From Mizuhopecten yessoensis (Eukaryota), in contig NW_018480056.1 of assembly GCF_002113885.1 (NCBI RefSeq), positions 257,369 through 321,368 of the forward strand: a stretch of 64,000 bases of DNA. The letters run 5' to 3'. The notes beneath the pieces are model-generated. The model did no database searches. It was not told the origin of the DNA and was given only the letters and a program-made list of their open reading frames with translations. The position numbers and the translations under genes were made by a program. Shown here in pieces: positions 15,368-28,713 of this stretch; position 1 is the first letter of the stretch, and each line of letters begins with the position of its first letter.

Positions 15368-15593
15368 ACACTGTAAATAAAAATTCAAATAAGTTACCTA
15401 AACCCACTTTAAGTAAAAATTCAAATAAGTTACCGAAGCCCACTGTAAGTAAAAATTCAAATAAGTTTCCTAAGCCCACTTTAAGTAAAAATTCAAATAT
15501 TAAGTTTCCTAAGCCCGCTTTAAATAAAAATTCAAATAAGTTTCCTAAGCCCACTTTAAGTAAAAATTCAAATAAGTAAGCTAAGCCCACTTT
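15368..15593. repeat. 36 bp minisatellite x~6
   Basis: aaaaattcaaataagtttcctaagcccactttaagt; explains periodic ORF 15300-15596. Confidence 0.9.
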
Positions 15594-16311
15594 CAAGGTC
15601 AGTGCCTAAATGTGGTATATCTCTAAGCAACCTCTTTAAAAACAAGAAGCTTATATTAAAGGTGTTTTTCTGAAACCTGAAAAAGAAGCAGGACCTTTGG
15701 GCCTCTTGTCAGTTCAGCAGCAGGGTTAACATCTGATAACAGCTGATGACTACTGTGACCCCTCTTTGACCTCTATAAAACTTAGACAGTAGGCCTAGGT
15801 CGTATCACGGCATTATCTACAAACAGCAGGGCTGCCTATAGTACATGTATATGCATAGATAAACATTCACTTGAAATGAAATTTAAAGCATTTGGAAAAC
15901 ATTGATCGTTTATTTTACAATAAGTCAGTGTTACTAGTGATATCTTGAATTCAAACATCTGATAAACCTTGATTCCTGCAATAAAACATTCTGTTAACAT
16001 AATGATCTAGGATCCAAACATTTGATGCACCAGGATGAAACCTGTTGATATGGAAAGAGTTCAAACCTGTTTGTAGCAACAATGAGGTGATGAGTTCAAT
16101 CTTTACAGCTAGCTGCCATGACACTATCAGATATACAATCTCTTGAAAGACAGACAGACAGATGGACAGACAGACAAACTGAACTTTTTCTATCACATAT
16201 CAAATGATTTAATCTTCAGTCGGTTTCAGTCAAAGGTGAATGAATATGAGATCAGTGTGGACCAGTATAGTAACACTTGATAGCTAAAATGAAGGTGAGA
16301 GAGCTTTAGTA

Positions 16312-16402
16312 TTAACTCATTCACCTTTAAAATTTCATAATGAACTAATCCAACCTTTAAATTGGAAGAGTTCAAATGTGACTTCAGGGGTAAATGAGTT
16401 AA
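16312..16402 (-). mobile_element. TTAA MITE family A
   Basis: Reverse-oriented copy with both TIRs. Confidence 0.85.
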
Positions 16403-17556
16403 CGATGAGTTCTGGTAGGCAACTCTGAACAGTCTTAAAATTATTATACTCCATCTTGATAACTTAATAGTTTTTAACTCTGTCTTTATGTTTGTACACT
16501 TTGTTTGTATGTAAAACAAAATGAAAGAACATTAGAATCGAAATGTGAAAGTTTAGAGATATTTCTTTACCACCTTAAAAAAAATAGATTTTTTTTGTAT
16601 GATAATGATCAAGCGATAAACAGTCTTAGTTAAATTTAAAAAAAAGCATTTTACCATATGCATTATGTGGTAAATTAACCAAGGCAATAGAAATAGAAAA
16701 AAACGGTTATCTTATTATTCAGCTTATTTATTTCTTTATCATGTGTTTTGGTATGTTATGTTAAAATATAAAATTTACCATCTGGTTGATATTTCGTAAT
16801 GATAAGTCTGAAGTACTACACGTAAGGGAAGTAACTCCCGATTATTTATTGATACTCTAAATGTCAATAGATTTGATGTTAACCATTGATCAGAGAGTTC
16901 AATTGTCTGTGCGTAATTGATAATTACATCGCATGCTGTCGAAATATTAATCCGGAACAAAAGGAAATGATCCAATATTTCCAGTGTCATCGAGAACAGC
17001 CTGTAACAGGCAATCAAAATGGCCATCCTTGTATTTCGTGTTAGATCAGGTTTCTGTTCCAGATATCATGATCTCTTGGGATGGTTTGGAATTGATCTTT
17101 TCATCGTTTGAGACCAAAACAGAATTATCTTTATGGCTCCGACATGCACGTGTAATAGAACTGCGGATACTCGGATGAAAAGTGATACTGAATTAAGTGC
17201 TATTAATTTGTGATCTTTCTCTAGGGTTTTCATATGGTAAGATGGTATAAATGCTCTTTTCTTCTCACACATGAACAAATAGGAAGCGGATACAGTTCCA
17301 GAACAATCCCTGGGAAGCAGTTGATTGTGCTGAATTAGAATCTTAGCGGATCAGTCGGTATTGCTTGGAGTGGTCGCTGATAGCTCCACGCTAAAGCTCA
17401 TTTGTGCGGGCTAATCAGTTACTTGTTATAGAAATTAAGAATCGTACTGTACAATACAGACATGGTCTTTAAGGTCTGTACCCAGTGATTTCCAGTATTT
17501 TCATGACAGCTACTAGTTAACGTGGTTTATTTCTGGGGTACAGGATGAAAGTTGAT

Positions 17557-17895
17557 CAATTTTGGACTTTTCTTCAGGTGAATATGTGGTTATATGGACC
17601 CGCGAAAGTGATATTAACCAAGATGAAGTAAAGGTTAATATAACTTTATAGTCCATATTACTACATTTTCACTGAAATGAAAGTCTTAATTGTTATTTTG
17701 GATGCTAAATAATATTATAAATTATTAAATAAAATGGAATGTATGAAAAGTACACATGTACTGCATTTGGCAGAAAACATTGTGACTTTACAATTGAAAA
17801 CCGTCATACACTGGAGATTGACCTGCTGTTTCCAAAAATAGTAACAGGAGGATATATTGTTCAAGTTATTGTATCACACCTAATTTAGCATGATA
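17557..17895. mobile_element. Hairpin-ended non-autonomous DNA element (Crypton-like architecture)
   Basis: Imperfect ~135 bp palindrome 17557-17692, then short IR atgctaaat / atttagcat bounding the rest. Confidence 0.55.
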
Positions 17896-18109
17896 TTTTT
17901 AGAGGTCAAGTGTCCTGCTATTCATATACTTTCATTTCCCTGTGTTACAAAAGCAAAACATCAGATTTCATGTGGTGACCCTGGTCAGAAAGGAAATTGA
18001 GGAGGAAAAGTTGGATAACCCAACATGTGTCTTTGTTTTTTTTTTCATAATAGATCTAAGGCTAGCCAATGATCTTATGGGTGAAGTCACAGCAGTCTCC
18101 GAGTGGTAT

Positions 18110-18390
18110 ATTTATCCCATGGGTCACCATAATTATTGGGGGGTATAGAAACCAGGTCTGTTTATCCATCTGTCTGTCCATCCATCTGTTCGTCCATCCA
18201 TTTGTCTGTCCATCAATTGGTTCGTCCATCCAACTGTCTGTCCATCCATTTGTCTGTCCATCCATCTGTTTGTCCTCCATTCTTCTGTCCATCTATCGGT
18301 CCGTCCATCCATTAGTCTGTCCGTCAATCGGTTCATCCATCCAATTGTCTGTCCATCCATCTGTTCGTCCATCCATTTGGCTGTCCATGT
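18110..18390 (+). repeat. (CCAT/CTGT)n microsatellite, probably the 5' part of a HINE-type element
   Basis: ggggtata motif followed by ~220 bp tetranucleotide repeat. Confidence 0.7.
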
Positions 18391-18495
18391 GTTTGAGGGT
18401 TTCTGAACTGGTTAAGAAGAATTGATTTGTCCCTACTGGGTAACTATAGGTGCTAGGTGTAGCTACCTTGGTACATAATGTACTGGGTTGCTCTC

Positions 18496-18590
18496 AAGTC
18501 AAGTCAAGTAAAATTTATTTATAAGTCAGTACATCTAAGTTTAACATGACAGCACAAGCCTAGGCTTTTACAACCGACTATAAAACAAGA
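18496..18590 (-). mobile_element. Probable 3' end of a non-LTR retrotransposon
   Basis: Minus strand AATAAA followed by (ACTTG)3 tail. Confidence 0.45.
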
Positions 18591-20229
18591 AAATAAGAAA
18601 AACACTAACAGTTAAGAGATACATAACAAGCATGCATATATGAAACAGTTTGTTAGCACATATATAAAATATATTTATAAAATGTTAAATTTAAAAGCGG
18701 GAAATTGAAATATATGCTATAAATTATGGTATGTTTATAATATAAGATAACATAATTACTGAAGAATGTTGTGGGTTCTGAATTTGACCCACATTTCACA
18801 CTTCAGTGCACTCTTTACCATTCCAAATTGTAAGGTGTGCTACATTGTAACTTAATTATAGCTTCTGACAGCATGACTTGAGAACACAGTGTGAGATATG
18901 AATGACATCTTCTTCTTGTAAAACACAGATACCAGTGGTACTTGTCATTAACAAGCATCTCCCATTAAGGTCTTACACAAGTTTGAAAACCTTACAAATG
19001 ATAAAAGCTGGAACATTTAACCTTAAAAATGACATTTTCTGCGCCGTTTAGAAAGGCGAAAACTAATTGCTTTGCCTAGCTTGTTAACAGCTTAACGAAT
19101 GCTTCAATGCAAAATGTTCATGGGTTGTATATTCTTTGAATATGTAAAAATTCATAATTAAGTTGTATAAAATTTCATTATCTTAATTTATAATTAAGTA
19201 ATTATGTTATAAAAAAATTAAAGAATACTTTTCAAGAATATTATTTCGAACAATTTAAGGTAATGATTCAAGTTTACCAAGCTTTGTAAAACTGGACCAG
19301 CTAGGGAACTAGTTATAGCTTAATGGAAACTTCGTAATAATCGTGATGTAGTGTTTTTTCCAATAATATTGAAATTTTGAGCTGAATGTGTGTATACATA
19401 TATAAGCATTCACATCATCTATGAGAAAAATATCTGTAAATTTTCTGAAAGTTTTCATAAATCACTTCAAAGATGTTGTTTTAAGCTACCCAGCCTTTTT
19501 TATATCCTATGATTGCTAATATATTTTTAACCTATATACCTATCTGAACTTTTCAAGACTCCATATAATATGCAACAGATGATTTTTCTAACTTGGCCTT
19601 GAAATATTGAACTACTATGTATTGAATTCCTTCCTACTTCCTGTCATCTTCCGATTTTGATTTTAATTTTACGATTCAGTGACTTAACATCAATTTCAAT
19701 TTATATTTTCTGGTGAGTTGATATGGGTTGCGACGTCGCATTGACTTTTTAATCAGAAAGAAAAATATATCCAAAGTCGGTATGGAAGCCCACAGCTATG
19801 ATCTCTATCAAGACTTTACGAGAGGTAGATCAATACAAGCAACGATGATGACTTCATATCAGAGTGTTTTTTTTTTTGCAATTTCATAAGCGAGAGAAGC
19901 GACATGTCTGCATGTGGTTAGCCGGAGGTGATGATTTATCATACCTTTATTAGGTAGTGTTAATATCACGGACATCAGTGTTGCTGAGCTGTGTCTCAAA
20001 CCTCAACGTCTACACTATTCACTTACATATATGGGGAGTGGAGCATTAGCTGCACTTGTTAGGAAGATCTTTTAAAATGAAAATAACTAATTAATTCCAT
20101 GTTGATATCTGAAAAGACTGAAGAAATTAAATCACTTCATACTTTCAAAAAATATGCCAAAATCTTTTTAATTGTTTTGTAACAAAAAGTTAGGGTACTT
20201 ATTTACCCAAACTTTGTTGAGTATTTTAC

Positions 20230-20690
20230 AGTAAGATCTGTATTTTGAGATCACCCATGTGAAGTCCAAAAAGTGGTTTCTTAATGAAGGTGGTTTCATT
20301 CTACAAGTGGTCTCCTAATCAAGTTGGTCACATGAGCAGTTCTGACTATATTTAAGGCAAATATCGCTCTTTTCTTTTAAAACAATAATTTATATAATGT
20401 TTATATATATGACATTAATATTGTTTGTCAATTTTATTTTTTCAAAACTGTTACCTGTATAAAGATACCACCTACACGAAGTCCAAAAGGTGGTCTCTAA
20501 ATACAGGTTCCCTTAACAGTGAAATCACTTCAATGGTTAGCATAAAAAATGGTTTCTTAACATAGGTGCAGGTTTCTTAATGGGGGTGGTCACATTGTCA
20601 GGTTTGACTGTCCTTAAATATCAATCTTTCTCGTGAAAAAATTATAATGTATTTAAGATAATTACATTGTTTGTCGATTTTTTAAAAACC
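20230..20690. repeat. Two diverged tandem copies (~260 bp) of a Tc1/mariner-like MITE plus flank
   Basis: gaagtccaaaa-gtggt-tct, ggtcacat...tgactgt and downstream flank both repeated. Confidence 0.5.
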
Positions 20691-22071
20691 CATTAACCAA
20701 GTATGTGTTGTGGTTGATTATAATTTCCTGCCATTATGATGGGTTAATTGATATTGAATGGCACCCTCCCTCGATACTCCGACAGAACCTTCCGTTTCCA
20801 CGCCATTCAATCATACCCCACTGCTCAAAACGGTATCAGGGTATTGAAAACTTCTGTTTAGCTGAGATCAAAAGGTTTTCAAACCAGTAATCCCTGTCCA
20901 GGCACTTAATGTATAAGCTCAGGTGTTTGAAGTTTATTCCTAACCTCAAGGTATGTTCACACCTGTGAGGTGTTTGATAAAGTAGGTTGAATCCATAAAG
21001 ACTTACATGCTTTCTGATGAAGGGGATGCTGTTGATGTTACGCGGGAGTATACCGTTTTAATGGAGGCCAGAGATCATACAGGTATCCCATAATACATCA
21101 TAATACTTGTTGGATCAAAATTAAATAGGCGAAGTCACAAACAAATCTGAGAACCAGAAACAGTTCTAAAATGTTGCCACAATAAATTTAAGATTATGTA
21201 GATGCTTTCAGGGACCAGCTGATATATCATTTTTTGGAAGTTGTCATTCTTACAAGATTTTGAATTTTATAATCCTGTGTATCTTTCCATTTTCATTAAT
21301 GTTCATAAAAAAAGCTAGTTGAAGAATTAAGAAAAACATGTTTCAAAATGATTTTATCTTTCATTTAGTTTACAACATAAAAAGGATATAAATATAGGTT
21401 TGAATGCTTGGAAATTATAAAACAAGCTATCAGCTTTTTCCTGTCCGAATTTGAATATTAACTCATACACCCCATCTCAAGCTCCTGAAAGCCATTGTCA
21501 CGATTTTGTCCATGTTATTGGTAAAATTAACACATCATTCTATGCTCAACCTTTGATCAGACAAATTGGACTTACATGAAGATATCTTTCAGCATGCAAT
21601 GTCGTGACAATGTCTCCGGCTAATGGTCACTGTGACATCGACTTGCTGTATGTCGGTTTGACTATTAGTATCGACCGGAGCAAGGCGCGCATGCAAATGT
21701 CTAATCACAATGAGTGGTAGAGGATATATCCTATATTACAAGGAGACTGTGCATGTCTGCGGGATGCCATATGAACAGGCTTCATTATTAATTACCATAT
21801 TTTGCCTGCAGGCTGAAATGTAGAATAAAAAGTTAGCTTCATTGTATTGAATATTATATACATATTTACACATGGGATAGGTCTTAATGGTACTGAAATA
21901 TTGATTATACGTAAGTTTGTAATAGTGATATGTCTGTTTCCTTTGTTGTACAAAGAACATTTTGTTTTTACACAAAATTAAAAAAGAAAAGCATTCTGTA
22001 TTGTTTTTTAAGAACCTGTTTTTTATCAACCAAAATGTCTGTAGATGATTCTCCAATAACATTTAATGTGT

Positions 22072-22255
22072 TTAACCCATTCACCCCTTAAGTCAAATTT
22101 TAGCTTTACCATATATCAAAGACTGGGAAAGTCCAGTTTAACTCATTCACTCCTGAAGACATATTTGAACTCTTCCAATTCAAAGGTTAGAATGGTTCAT
22201 TATGAAATTTCAGGGGTGAATGAGTTCAATATGTGCTGTAGGATAAATGAGTTAA
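22072..22255 (+). mobile_element. TTAA MITE family B with a family A copy (22138-22228) nested inside
   Basis: Outer parts match the uninterrupted copy at 39464-39554; inner part is family A. Confidence 0.8.
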
Positions 22256-23022
22256 GGACAGTAAATTGGCTCTAAACCTTTCAACAACAAGATGGCAGCC
22301 AAAATTTATATCTCTGACAGCATTTAGTAAACATAACCATCAAGCTGGTTTTATAGCTTGGACCAAGACAACAGGTTTTTGTCCGTCAGATAAGGTAGAA
22401 TGGTGAGGAGGATTTAGAGGGTATCCCAGTGCTTTAGCCAATTATAAGAGATACAGGAGAAAGTTGGGCTGTGAGCAGAATATTGGGTTTCAATGATAAA
22501 AAGCTGTAATTGGTGGCCTCTATCATAGAGTTTATCCGCAATGCTAAGTTTCCAGGAAGTTAATAGCTCTTAACTGTCATTATTAATTCTGATAATGATG
22601 TTTCTCTTTAATATTTCCTCATTTCCTCAGACCATTGTGTTCGTAAAAGTTATTTCAGTTAATAGGTGTTGGTTTAGCTAGTCTGATTCTTGATAGAACA
22701 AAACTAAATTTGTATAATCAAAGTTTGAATTTCTTTTGCAGCTATGATCAATTTATAAGTAAAATATTGTTTATAGAGTTATTTATTGTAATTTTAATCC
22801 TATTTGGCCTTTCATTTTGCTGTCCCCAAATGTTTATTGTTACAAATGAACCTTGTACCACTCCCAAAAAGCTGTTACTTATATGCACGGTTAACTTGTT
22901 TACAGCATAACAAAGGCTTTGATAAATCATTTCTGAATAGAATAAAGAAAGCATCTTACAGATCTTTTACAAATATGATATAAAGATAGTTTAACAGAAA
23001 GAAACAACAGTAGGGTTCTGAG

Positions 23023-23153
23023 TGTAAAAATGCAATGGTGCCACTGACCAGGATATAAACCCCAGACTACCAATCATTATACTGTCACTCAAACCAACTT
23101 ATATTAGCTACCTGGTAAACTATTACTCTAGACCAGTCGCGGATCGTGCTACA
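23023..23153 (-). mobile_element. Short TG...CA element with degenerate tRNA-like boxes
   Basis: Reverse complement resembles the 25411 copy (tgtag...gactgg-taga...accaggta). Confidence 0.4.
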
Positions 23154-25249
23154 CATACTTCTAAAACAAACAATGGTTGCAAATTTGGGCTTTCTGTTGG
23201 CTATCACCTATGAGTTTTGATTTTTGTTTATACATACCTTGGGGTTGTGTCATCATGATATGACATGAAATTATGGTCAGCTTGGAGACCGTTCCGAGAT
23301 ATGAGGGGGTAAAGTGGGGAAACAAAATTACTAATTGACTCTTTTTGACAAAACTACATATTATATTTTGAAAGTTTCTTCCTAATTTTGATGTATTGTG
23401 TAACACAAAAGCTGCAAATAATAGGAATGGCCGAAAAAAGTAGCATAGGGTTGATAAGTAGGTCACTATGACCTGGTTTTATATTGGCTTAATAATGGCA
23501 ACAACTCTTGGCACACCCTTCCCTTAAGGGATATTACTCTGTGTTTGAGAAACTACAATGGTATTCTCAGGTGTTTTACCTGCAATAGGACGGGGACCCT
23601 TATGGATAAAGAAAACCTCTAGAAAGGATATTTTCCCTAAGGTGAAACAGCAATGTCTTAATTCAGACAGTCTGATCAGCACTCAGGTCAGTGTGAAGTT
23701 TGACTACAAATCCATGTCAATTTAATGCTTGAGTTTATGAGTACTTAACCTGGATACATCAACACACTATGTTGATTTGTCTGCCTCTCTTGTCATGTTG
23801 TTTCTTTGTAAGGAAAGGATTTATGGAAGTTGTGGCTCTCTCATGCTGCGAGTGTTATGGAAACTTGTAACAAAAGCAAAGATAAAACACGCTTTGATTG
23901 ACAGGTATATTTGTCTCAGCATACTTACAGCCGCAAGGAGTGAAATAAAAAGCTCGCAACATCTCCGTAAAGGACCGATTTCTTTACCTCATGTCAGTCT
24001 AGAGTTATTGTTCTTGAAGGAACGTCAGGTGTTTTATTTGGTGATCAATTTTGATTAAGATGATGGAAGTTGTTTCAATCAATTTCACAAACCATATAAA
24101 ATTTGGACTGATTTTAACTACAATGTACTGGCTATGTAAAATAGCATGGTATAATGTTGTTCTTTCATTTCCTACCACATGATTACGACCAACATATTTC
24201 CAAGGTCCATTTTCATACCACTCACTTACTGGAAGAAGGTACAGTCAATCAAACCTACCCATGTGACGACCGGACCAAAATAAGAAGAGCAAGCTAAGGT
24301 TGGGGACACTAGCTATCATACACAGTGTCCATGCAGGTCCATACATGTAAGCTAATCATGCAGCCATGATAGGCCACTTTGTCGCAGTGCCTCTGTTAGC
24401 TAGGAGTTGAATCCAGGACTACAGAATACAAGTTCAGTTTTGTCAGACCTACGAAAAAAGTTTTTCAATTTTCAGCCAGGAAGGATGCCTTACCTGTAAT
24501 TAAAAAGAAAAAGAAAAGACAGCTAGACCGTTTTATGATGTGTAATGAAGTACTGATTACTTTCAATGTTTTCCTACCTGGAGCAGTGGTAAGCTAATAT
24601 TTGATAGAGGGGGGATTTCCGTAATGGCAAGACAGGTATTAAAAGATCTGCCTTGAAATCTTCGCACACCTGCCAAATTTGAGAAGAAGTTTTACTTTTT
24701 CTGATAAAAGTTTGATGTTTATCCAACGACAATCTTATGAAGAAAAACTAGGTTGCTACAGAAGCAGCTGGTGCTTTGTGGTAGCCTGGCAACAGGCCAA
24801 TGCCCCCTGGTGGCAGATAGTCTAACTATGGCTCATGTTTTTATCGTTACAAGCTAGTTGAAAGAATTTATCTTTTTCATTTTCATCCCAATCTGGCTAT
24901 AAGGTCTGTGTATTGGGATGTTAAAAACTATCCGACAAAGTATTTGATCATCATATTGGCACTATCAGATTTTGTTTACTGAAATGACCTGATTTCGAAA
25001 CTAATTTGAAAGGTTTCCTAATCTTTCTTGCTTGCAAGACTATATAAATAGCTGGTCCATTAATAAATTTTGAGTACACATCTCCTTAACTATTTTACAA
25101 GTTGAATATAAAACTATGAATTGGAAACCTTATAACTGACCCGTGAGTTACGTAAATGAATTATCATCATAAAGAAACGCGTAATTTGCAAAAGTTTTAT
25201 AAACAAATGGTAAAAATGAAATAAATAAATCAAAAAGAGCTGTCTTCAG

Positions 25250-25388
25250 TGTAAAAATTGAAACAGTTGAGATGTGGGATTAAAACCTTGGACCTCCAAT
25301 TACAATGCAGTTACTCTTCTAACTACTGAGCTACCAGCTGGTCAGCAGTAATATATTTGCTCAGTCGAGCAGCACTGCACCGCAAACA
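25250..25388 (-). mobile_element. Short element with tRNA-like A/B boxes
   Basis: Minus strand ggtagctcagtagttag...ggttttaatccc...ttttaca. Confidence 0.5.
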
Positions 25389-25410
25389 AAATTCAGGGGA
25401 GATAACACTG

Positions 25411-25609
25411 TGTAGAGGAATTGGACTGGATAGATCACTGGGGACCAGGTACTATGTAGCTCAATTGGTAGAACGACTAGAGTTTGGAGGTTCGGGGTAC
25501 AAATTCCAGGTGTGACGGTACATTTCCTGTTACAATTGGTAGAGCGACTATCTAAAGTTTGGAGGTTCGGGGTACAAATCCCAGGTGTGACGGTACATTT
25601 CCTGTTACA
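25411..25609 (+). mobile_element. Short TG...CA element with tRNA-like region, 3' ~75 bp tandemly duplicated
   Basis: tagctcaattggtaga A box, ggtacaaatcc B-box-like, ends cctgttaca at both 25534 and 25609. Confidence 0.6.
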
Positions 25610-26834
25610 TATGCATCCAAAAGTATACTGGATTTATTTTACTGTTTTACCTAAAGTGGGATAGGGATTCTTCAAAATCTGATTGTACACATTCATTAAT
25701 GTTTTTGTGATGGTCTGACGGGCACTTGCAGACACATATATGCGTATGCAAATACGTATATATTTACAGGCAGAGAAAATGTGTGTAAGATGGTGATTTG
25801 GATTGGTTCCTGGAAGATTGTGAAGTGTGGTGTTACAGTGTTTCGTGTAATAAGGATGAACTAAGAAGAGCTAGGGCTCTTACAGGTTTATGTGACAGAC
25901 CCGTAGACATCGCAAAAAAACGAAGCAATAGGTAAAGATATTTTAATGTGTAATTCAAAGAGATACAACTGCTATTAAACAACAGGATACTAAGTTTAAA
26001 TCTATAAAAGTAACAATTTTTAACTCCATCATCAGACATTTTAGGGTATATAATATTCATAATCGAAACCCGCCGTTTTTTTGTTTTGAACTCCAATGTT
26101 GTAACTTTGCCAAGATATTGTACTTTTGTAAAAGTCAGGATTTCGAGTCTGTAATAGATTCTTTGTGATATGATCCTATTGTATCTTCTCTACCAATCAA
26201 TCTGAACCCCATGAACTTATCTTAAATTACCACTCAAGCTCAACTCAAGAACTACATCTTTATAATATTTCGGATAAGGGGAGATAACTAGCCCCATAAA
26301 AGAAAGTGGAGTTTTTACGATTTCTGAACATAATGCCGTGTGAGATTAGAATTGTGAGTTTGATATCAGACACTATCAGGCCTGTGATGGGCTAGAAGTA
26401 GGAATGCCCTCTTATCAAAGTATAACAGTCCAAAATCTTCTGTACTTTGTCGAAATCCTTATCATAACGTTTCAGCCAGGAATCTTCCTTTGCTGGGTTG
26501 TCTGGAATTGCCTCTTACCAAGACAAGGACGTATCTTAGCTGTCATCCGATTCTAGAGTGAAGATGATCATCTGGGTAATCCAAGGTTGAAGGTCAAGCT
26601 TCCTGAGTGACCCTGAATGCTTGTGGCCAAATACTGGATGTCATGATATCTGAATTCTAAATGAAGCCGTCTGCTTCTTTCGGTCAAGTTGACATTTTTG
26701 CCATCAAATATGTCTTAGATGTTTATAGTAAATGGTTCATTCCATTTCAAGGTGAAATTTAATTTGAAAAAAGAAATTACTTTAGTATCTAGTACAGAAA
26801 ATCATGATTTTACAGACATATCTTTCTTCCTTGA

Positions 26835-27115
26835 AAGACATTCTGTCATATACAACAAAACCTGACTTTATTGACACTTGACTTTAAGAACATTCTGTCA
26901 TATACAATAAAACCTAACTTTACTGACACCTGACCTTAAGGACATCCTGTAATATACAGTAAAACCTGACTTAACTGACACCTGACTTTAAGGACATGCT
27001 GTAATGTACAGTAAAACCTGATTTTACTGACACCTGACTTTACGGACATGCTGTAATATACAGTAAAACCTGACTCTACTGTCACATGACTTTAAGGACA
27101 TCCTGTAATCTACAA
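26835..27115. repeat. 52 bp minisatellite x~5.5
   Basis: aaggacatcctgtaatatacagtaaaacctgactttactgacacctgacttt. Confidence 0.9.
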
Positions 27116-27124
27116 TGAAGCTTG

Positions 27125-27382
27125 TAAAAACATTTCTTTGAAACTTATCAGTGGATCTTCACCAACTATTTACAAAACCATGTTTAGATAATGAGGATCA
27201 CAATTTACATTCAAGAAGGGGCTATCCCAAGGGGGTTTACAAGCAGTCACTTAGATCAAAACTCACACAGTACATGAGCACTGGTTAATTTGAATCATAT
27301 TTTCATGAAAGCACAGATCGATATTTTGATCATATATTTTAAGTTTCATTCAGGTGACCGTTAAGGCCCATGGGCGTCTTGC
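27125..27382 (+). mobile_element. 3' fragment of the same HINE family
   Basis: caggtgaccgttaaggcccatgggcgtcttg almost identical to 60020-60050. Confidence 0.7.
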
Positions 27383-28028
27383 TAAATCTTAAAAGCTTTA
27401 AGATTGAAAGGTCACTTGTATTTCACCCATTTATGCTGAAAGATTTGTATTATGTAATAATTGGTTACCTAGTGCAAATCCATTGATAATACCTTATCTT
27501 TTTACAACCCTTTTTGTCTACGATCCCCAGTGCATTCAGGGTCGTTAAAAAGCTTTAGTAGCTGTCAACATAATCAAGCGCTATGTAAACTTGGATTGTG
27601 TGCTGTTGTATACCACTGAGTAAGAGGAATATTTATTAGAGTTTGCACCGTGTCAACAAGAAAATCGTCGGTGATCTGCTATTTGATATCAGGCTTTCCA
27701 AACACTTCTAATCCTCTTTGATTGAATTTACAACAATCATTTTGAAAGTTTGAAAAGATATGGTTACCAAGGGATACTTAAACAGTGGTTTCTTACTTGA
27801 ATCTTGTTCAAAATTTGAGACTAATGAAGGGTATTCAACATTCTATAGTGAAAATTGGTTTTCAACATTCATAAGCTATATTTAGTTTTCCATTTAATAT
27901 TCAACATTTAGTAGTGTACAATTTGATATTTTCAAAGTAAATTTTAAAAAAATCACTGGCCCCAACAGGCTCTGTGCATAGGGCAAGTGGAATTATACAC
28001 CATTGATATCTAAATACTGCATTTAAAG

Positions 28029-28118
28029 TTAACTCATTCACCCCTGAAGGCACTTTGAACAGGTCCAATTCAAAAGTTGGAATTGTTCATTATGAAATTT
28101 GAAGGGTGAATGAGTTAT
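28029..28118 (+). mobile_element. TTAA MITE family A
   Basis: Both TIRs visible. Confidence 0.85.
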
Positions 28119-28183
28119 AATTATATAAAATATACCCTGGAAGCTGTAAACAATGTGTAGCCATTTTTAACTGAATTACAGCG

Positions 28184-28556
28184 TGAACTGTCCCCCCTAG
28201 TGAACTGTCCCCTAGTGAACTGTACCCTAGTGAACTGTCCCCTACTGCACTGTCCGCCCTAGTGAACTGTCCCCCCGAGTGAACTGTCCCCTAGCGAACT
28301 GTCCCCTAGTAGAACTGTCCCCTAGTGTAACTGTCCCCTAGTGTAACTGTCCCCTAGTGCACTGTCCCCTAGTGATCTGTCCCCTAGTGAACGGTCACCC
28401 CTAGTGAAATGCCCCCTAGTGAACTGTACCCTAGTGAACTGTCACCTAGTCAACTGTCCCCTAGTGCACTGTCCCCCCTCGTGAACTCTCCCCCACCGAA
28501 CTGTCCCCTAGTGAACTGTCCCCTAGTGAACTGTCCCCTAGTGAACTGTCCCCTAC
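28184..28556. repeat. 15 bp minisatellite x~24
   Basis: gtgaactgtccccta. Confidence 0.95.
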
Positions 28557-28622
28557 TGGTCGAGTGTACACATTCCATTGTGTTAGCTCTAATTAGGCCA
28601 GTGATTGAAAGGCGAGGTCTAA

Positions 28623-28713
28623 TTAACTTTATCACCCCTGAAATTTCATAATAGACTATTCCAACCTCTGAATTGGAAGAGTTCAAATGTGTCTTCAGGG
28701 GTGAATGAGTTAA
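28623..28713 (-). mobile_element. TTAA MITE family A
   Basis: Reverse copy with both TIRs. Confidence 0.85.

Noticed and set aside
15300-18425. Periodic hydrophobic ORF 15300-15596 and ORFs at 18062-18425
   Set aside because: Translations of a 36-bp minisatellite and a tetranucleotide microsatellite
25266-25534. Functional tRNA genes
   Set aside because: A/B boxes are degenerate and a cloverleaf cannot be completed; treated as repeat-derived
25770-25931. Exon-like segment (cag...AG|gtaaag) as an upstream EGFR coding exon
   Set aside because: The frame that would join exon A in phase 1 contains stops and there is no signal peptide
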